From assembly GCF_009914755.1 (NCBI RefSeq), contig NC_060941.1: a stretch of 64,000 nucleotides of DNA. One strand, 5' to 3'. The notes beneath the pieces were generated by a model. The model made no database searches. It was not told where the DNA came from and saw only the letters and a program-made list of their open reading frames with translations. Shown here piece after piece: positions 57,861 to 64,000 of this stretch. Position 1 is the first letter of the stretch, and each line of letters begins with the position of its first letter. The stretch is from the human T2T-CHM13v2.0 reference genome, Homo sapiens. Made by a program: the position numbers and the translations under genes.

Positions 57861-58497
57861 AGAAGTTACAGAAGGTGGATCTTCATCCCTCTCAACCCTT
57901 AGGATTAAGGGTCCCCTTGTCAAAGGGAGGAGGGAATATGTCAGCGGCGTTTGAACCAGAGCAACTCCATCTTGAATAGGGGCTGGGCAGAATGAGGCTG
58001 AGGCCTGCTGGACTGCATTCCCTGGACATTAAGGCATTCTTAGTCACAGGATGAGACAGGAGGTCAAGTGATACAGGTCACAAAGTCCCAGCTGCTAAAA
58101 CAGGATGCAGTAAAGAAGCCGGCCAAAACCCACCAAAACCAAGATGGCGATCAAAGTGAACTCCAGTCATCCTCACTGCTCACTGTGCGGTAATTATAAT
58201 GGATTAGCTGCTAAGAGACACCCCCGCCAGCACCATGACAGTTTACAAATGCCATAGCAACATCAGGAAGTTACCTTGTACCGTCTAAAAAGGGGAGGAA
58301 CCCTCAGGTCCGGGAAATTCCCATCCTTCTTCCAGAAAACTCATGAATAATCCACCCCTTGTTTAGCATGTAATCAAGAAGTAACTATAAGTATACTCCG
58401 TTGAGTAGCCCATGCCGCTGCTCCGCCTATGGAGTAGCCATTCTTTTATTCCTTTACTTTCCTAATAAACTTGCTTTTCACTTTAAAAAAGAAAAAA
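57861..58497 (+). mobile_element. MER41 (ERV1) 3' end: internal remnant, PPT, U3-R and poly(A)
   Basis: LTR starts at 57939 with tgtcagcggcgtttgaaccagagcaactccatcttgaatagg; ends aataaacttgcttttcacttt plus A-tail; PPT aaagggaggagggaa just upstream. Confidence 0.9.
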
Positions 58498-58584
58498 GGC
58501 TTCACAGGTTCGCTGAGTGAGAGCGTGGTGAGCCACTGCCACGCTGGTGCCAGAGACAGGCCAGGGTCCAGCCTCCCAGGTGGT

Positions 58585-58905
58585 ACCCAGAGCCCTCCTC
58601 AAACTGTCACATGTCCCCCAGCCACATGGGGATCTCATTGAAGGGCAGGTTCTGAGTCAGCAGGTCTGGGCCAGGCCTGAGTTTGCATCTCTAACCAGCT
58701 CCTGCGTGATGCCGCTGCTGGTCCAAGGATCGCACTTTGAGTGGCACAGTGGTTCCCAACTTTGAGTGCATACTGGAACCAGCCAAGGAGTTTCAAAATG
58801 ACTGCTGCCCTGGGGTCTACCCCCTAGGTTCTGAAGGCAGCCTGGGTATGGGGGCTGTGAAGCCCCCCAGGCGATTCCAACATGGAGCCTGGGCCCAGAA
58901 CCCCT
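58585..58905. mobile_element. Two adjacent MER5 elements
   Basis: ttctgagtcagcaggtctggg...tttgcatctctaaccagctcc...gctgctggtcc...cactttgagtggca; then cagtggttcccaactttgagtgcata...agaacccctg. Confidence 0.75.
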
Positions 58906-59734
58906 GATCTAAGAGGAAAGGCGCTGGTTCAACGCACACCCAGCAATTAGTTATGAATTACAGCATGGATGTCCTGCAGACAAGGACAGGTATGAAACGC
59001 TGTGAGGGCATGCAACAGGGAAATGGGGGCTCTTGAGTTAAGGGGCAGGAACGAGTACATGGGATAGGGGGGCAGAGTGAGGGAGACAAAGGGGCCACTT
59101 TCCAGGGCCCTGAGGCCAGGGAAGACAAGGTGCTAAGAACTCCGGGAGGCCACAGAGCTACGATGGAAGTGGGTCGAGGTGCAGGGGCAGCCAGCAGGGC
59201 TGGGGGACGGACCTCATGCCATAGGTAGGAGCTCCATCTTCCAAAAGCCACGGGAAGCCCTTTGAGGTGTTTTGAATATAGTAGTGACAAGGTCAGCCTT
59301 CGGCTTAGAGAAACCGGTTGGAGGGAAGTGCACAGGAAGAAGAAGGAAGACAGTCGTTTAAGTCCCTGTCACTCACCCTTTGAAAAAGCTATTCTAAATG
59401 AGGCTAAAAATTGAACAACTAGGGCACCTCTGTCTTAGCACTAAACATGGGGTCAAGGCACTTCCGACTTCTGAGAAAGAGCTAAGTCCTTGCCCGGGGC
59501 AGCCTGCCAGAGCAAATCTAGCCCTAGGCCCAACACATGCTATTTTTAGTCTGGCCCCTCCCCATAAGGCTGCAAATTATTTCATGGTATTCCTGTGATA
59601 GTAGCAAGCCCACCCCCTCGGTTAGGCTGAAACCACTGATCCAAACCAAACTTCCAAGCAAAAGTCGCCAGTCCTGTTGGGAGCTTGGAGGGATGCTGTG
59701 CTGGTCAGTGTTGTGTCCACATGGCCAGGCCATA

Positions 59735-60620
59735 GTCTCTAGGGATTAAGTCCAACATGAATCTGGGTGTTGCTGAGATAATATTTGGTCGTTGTGGTGA
59801 ACATCTACAATCAGCTGCCTTCAGTACAGGAGATGAGCCTCCAGAAGGTGGATGGGTAGGTCCCAACCAATCAGCTGAAGGCCTGAAGAGCAGAAACTCA
59901 GGCTTCCTAGAGAAGAAGAAATTCTTGCCTGAAGACTGAAGCACAAATCCTGCCTGTCCTAGGAATTTCAGACTTGCCAACACCTGTAATCATGTGAACA
60001 AATTCCTTAAAATAAATCTCTTGATAGATGGAGATATGGGGATGGAGATGGAGATGATGAAGAAGATGAAGATGGAGATCACAGAGATGATGGAGATGAT
60101 GGAGAAGCTGGAGATCATGGAGATGATGGAGAAGATGGAGATCATGAAAATCATGGAGAAGATGGAGATGATGAAGAAGACGGAGATGATGGAGAAGGTG
60201 GAGATCATGGAGAAGATGGACAACATGGAGAAGATGGAGATGATGGAAAAGTTGGAGATGATGAAGAAGATGGAGATCATGGAGAAGTTGGAGATGATGG
60301 ACATGATGGAGATGATGGAGAAGGTGGAGATCATGAAGAAGATGATGGACAGGTTGGAGATAATGAACATGATGGAGATGATGGAGGGGTGGGAGATGAT
60401 GGAGAAGTTGGAGATGATGGAGAAGGCGGAGATGATGAAGAAGATGATAGAGAAGATGGAGATCATGCAGAAGATGGAGATGATGGAGATCATGGAGATG
60501 ATGGAGAAGATGGAGACCATGGAGAACATGGAAATGATGGAGATCATGGAGAAGATGGAGATGGAGATGGGTAGAGACAGCCTACTGGTTCTGTTTCTCC
60601 AGAGAACCCTGACTGATACA
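59735..60620 (+). mobile_element. MLT2 (D-like) ERVL LTR containing a simple repeat
   Basis: aacatctacaatcagctg...ccaatcagctgaaggcctgaagagca...aattccttaaaataaatctct [repeat] cctactggttctgtttctccagagaaccctgactgataca. Confidence 0.9.
60025..60570. repeat. Purine-rich 9-bp-period repeat (GATGGAGAW)n
   Basis: gatggagat/gatggagaa/catggagaa units; source of the M/E/K-rich ORF. Confidence 0.95.
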
Positions 60621-63419
60621 GGTGCCCACAGCTCTGGTCCCAGACACTTGTAGTCCCCTCCCACCTGGCTATGGCTTGATGTTTCCTGCTGTCCACCTTT
60701 CTATCTTAAAAATGGGGTTCCCGAGAGCCCCAAAACCCAGACCCCAAAGACCTGACTAGGATGGAGGGGGATTACTCAAGCCTATAGAGCCCACACACAG
60801 ACGACTCACAGCATGGAGGTCTCACTCTGGACTCTTCACTCTCCAGACCCCCATCCCAGCCTTGCCCTCAAACCCCAAGAAGTGATCTTGGCTTTGATGA
60901 AGATGGACAGAGCCAGTGCAGGACGTGTCTGTCTTCCAATGACCAAGATCTAAACTTTCCAAAAGCTAGATTTCCGACAATTCTGGCTAGAACTGAAAAG
61001 TAGTGGGTGAGTAAGACATTGGAGAACCTGGTGGGGTGCAGGATCACTGAGGGAGTCAGGCACCATGAACGGGGCAAATGGCACCCTCCATGGGGAAGCA
61101 ACGAGGCCCTGAAGATGGAAGAAAGTGAGCAATTCTTCACACGCACGGGCAGACTCAATTCGGCAGGGGAAATGCACCAGAGGAAAAAGCAGCAATGTCA
61201 AAAATGTCTCTAAGCTTGATTGTTTAAACACTTATCATCAAACTTGAAGAAATAAACTCAAAGGCCATTTTAATGACATACGCGGGGACAAGAAAAGCAT
61301 TTGTGTTTCCAGTGCCAAGTTCCCTTGCATGAGCGACAGAAGTTTCTGCAAGTACAGTCAAAGGTGATGGGCGCACACTTTGCCAACAAAGATCCCACTT
61401 CCAACACACACACGTCTGTGGCTTATCATTGCTGACTTGTTTCAGAATTGGCTCCAGCTCCCGAAGCAGGTTGTCAACCCACCTCCTCCCTGGAAAACCC
61501 AAAGGAGAAGGGGAGGGAGAGAGGTGGAGGGGCCAGGGAGGCCAGTGTAGGAGAACTGGGGTACGGTCCTCTCTGGACCAGAGCAGCATTGAGCACCCTT
61601 TGTGAAAAGCTCGGCAATGCCAGGCTAGGTCCCCCTGGTGCGAGGGTGGCTCTGAACCACTGTCACAGAAGATGGAGCTCAGGGGCCCGTGCAGACCCAG
61701 CGTGGGTGGCAGTGCCCACAGGCTCCTAAAAATAAGCATCCGTTCAGCTCAGAACCCTGCTGTCCCTCCACCTGGCCCCAGAGTGTCCTCACTTCCTCGG
61801 CCTGAGCACTGCTGGCTTTCCGGATGGGCAGGAGGCAGAGCTGAGCCCAACCTGGGGTAGTGGTGGAGGGAAGGGGGGTGGCCCAAATTTGTCCAACAGC
61901 AAAGGCCACCTGGAGCGCTTCTCTTACCCGTGGGGGATTTTGGCGATGCCGGGAGCAACCACAAAGCCCGGGGAAATCAGGAGCTTTGCAACAAAACCCG
62001 CTCTGGGGAGCATCAGGGCACTCAAGCCCTCCAATACCTTTCCCCAAACAGCACATGGTCAATCAGGAATGCAAAATAGGCAGCCCATCAGATACAGAGC
62101 AAAACCAAACCGAGGCAGGGTGCCCACTGCCTGGTACCCCTTGGGGCAGGCTCCCTGCACATCCTCTTCTGTGTGGGCACACAGGTGCCGTTCTTTGGGG
62201 AGGTGGCTGTGGGTGTATGCACACAGTACCCACTCAACCCCTGATGGGCTTGTGCCCTCCCTTGGAGGCAGGTAGATGAGGTGAAGGCCTGGACGGGCCG
62301 GCCATCCTGAGACCCGCTCCGGGCCAGGGACCTGCACATTCGTGCACCTTTTCCGCATCCTCAACAGAGACCCTTGGTCTGGATGCTGCGTGAATTCACA
62401 ACATCTGTCTGTGGGAGAGGAACTCCCTGACTTGGCTCTGAAAAAATAATAATAAAATAATAAACATTTAAAAGGAAGTGCAGCTTCTTCCAGGAAGCCA
62501 GAGGTGTGGGTAGCTGGTGTAGGGTTTGCTTGGCATTGGGTTTGGAGCACAGCAGATCATTCCAGAATTCCACCATTCTCCTGGCACAGGGTCTTTGCCC
62601 AGGGCTGACCTCAGGGCTCGCTCCATCACCGCATGACCCCAGTGGCACAACTGTGGTTACACCTGCTGCAAATGCCCTGGTTAGTTACGTTCTCTAAGAC
62701 GCAGTGGCCTTGACTCAGGGTGGCTGCACTTCAGACTCAGCCTCCTGCCCCCTCAACGTCCTGAGCATCGTGCTTGGTCCATCTCCCATGCGTCTCCGTC
62801 GCGTTCCCTCTTCCCTTCTGAACAGGACGGGCCTTTGTGCTGTTTTCTTCCTGCCCAGCTCTGCTTCCCACTCCTGCCCTTGCCTAATTGTTCTCCATGC
62901 TCTTTGGGGGAACCTCGTCTGGTCCTGCCCTGTGGGGAGGCACAGACCCGACTGGGCTCCCTGTCCCCTGCCCGAGGCAGCCCAGTCTGACATGCATGCT
63001 GCGGTTGACACGGGTGCTGGCTCTGCTGCCGGGTGCTGGCTCTGCTGCCGGCCGCTGGCCCATGGCTCCTACCAGAAAAGCCCACATGGGAGGCAACATC
63101 ACATCAGCCGGTTTGCTCCCCAAAACCAAGAACTGCACCCCGCTTTTGGCCTTGATATTCACAGGTCATTTTCCTTGGATACTCAGGAAGATTCTGTCTT
63201 GCAGACCATCTCCACAAAACGTGGCCCTGGGACCTGCTCGGGGCAGGGCAGAGGGGTCGGCAATGCTGAGGCAAGGCTGTGGAGAGGAGAGCATCCAGCA
63301 CGCGCGAGTGATGAAGGAGAGGAGGAGGCAAGCTCCGGGGCTGGCGGGAGCTGGAGAGGACAGGCTGGGAGCCATCAGGAGATGGAGCAGAATGTGGTCA
63401 GGTGGCTCAGGCATCCACT

Positions 63420-63732
63420 GAGACTCGGCACCATGGTGGGGAAGTCACTGGCGCCATGGTGGGGAGTCACTGGCGCCGTGGTGGGGAGTCACTGGCGCCG
63501 TGGTGGGGGTGTCACTGGCGCCGTGGTGGGGGTGTCACTGGCGCCATGGTGGGGAGCCACTGGCGCTGTGGTGGGGAGTCACTGGTGCTGTGGTGGGGGG
63601 GTCACTGGCGCTGTGGTGGGGGGTCACTGGCGCTGTGGTGGGGGGTCACTGGTGCTGTGGTGGGGGGATCACTCGCACTGTGGTGGGGGAGTCACAGGGT
63701 TGGGGAGTCACTGGGTCGGGGAGTCACTGGCT
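63420..63732. repeat. G-rich minisatellite, 22-24-bp unit, about 13 copies
   Basis: Unit gtcactggcgc[c/t]gtggtggggg[a/g], degenerating at both ends. Confidence 0.95.
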
Positions 63733-64000
63733 GCCATTCACCCTCAGTTGTCATCTCTAAAATGGGAACTGGTGCCACAGCGACTGCACTCAGCTGGTCC
63801 CTCCGAGGTAACTGCACCTGGTACCTTCCCAATCTCATCTCTGAGAACTTGGCATCCCAGTCCCATCTCCTGAGTGCCCCTTGGGCTTCTGTGCTCCGTC
63901 CTCCCACCATGGCTTTGCTTAAGGGTTTGTCTTACCTGCAGTCCACCCAGTCCCTGCCCCAGTCCCACCATCATTATCATCTCCATCTCCTCCTCCTCCT

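Noticed and set aside
62704-63873. 389-aa ORF
   Set aside because: GC-rich stop-poor sequence plus a minisatellite, non-ATG start, no recognisable domain.

Overview
Primate (most likely human) genomic DNA, moderately GC-rich and almost entirely non-coding. It holds 13 Alus, many MIR/L2/old L1 fragments, an L3/CR1 remnant, MaLR/ERVL/ERV1 LTRs, hAT/Tigger DNA-transposon relics and many mini/microsatellites. No ORF in the track looks like a real protein: the long ones come from simple repeats, VNTRs or Alus. The best gene-like signal is three candidate minus-strand exons with good splice signals (27828-28006, 14569-14663, 611-653), resembling a multi-exon 5'UTR or lncRNA. I could not recognise the host gene. 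Several repeat-free, TAAT-rich islands resemble developmental enhancers. The most distinctive structures are a MER41 copy that looks L1-retrocopied and carries an NF-kB motif where GAS sites are expected, a local inverted duplication with one-sided CpG loss, a 35-bp VNTR born inside an MLT1 LTR, a 37-bp VNTR of splice-donor-like units, and a twin-primed L1. I see no convincing novel biological system. Repeat subfamily names come from remembered consensus sequences, and repeat boundaries are approximate.
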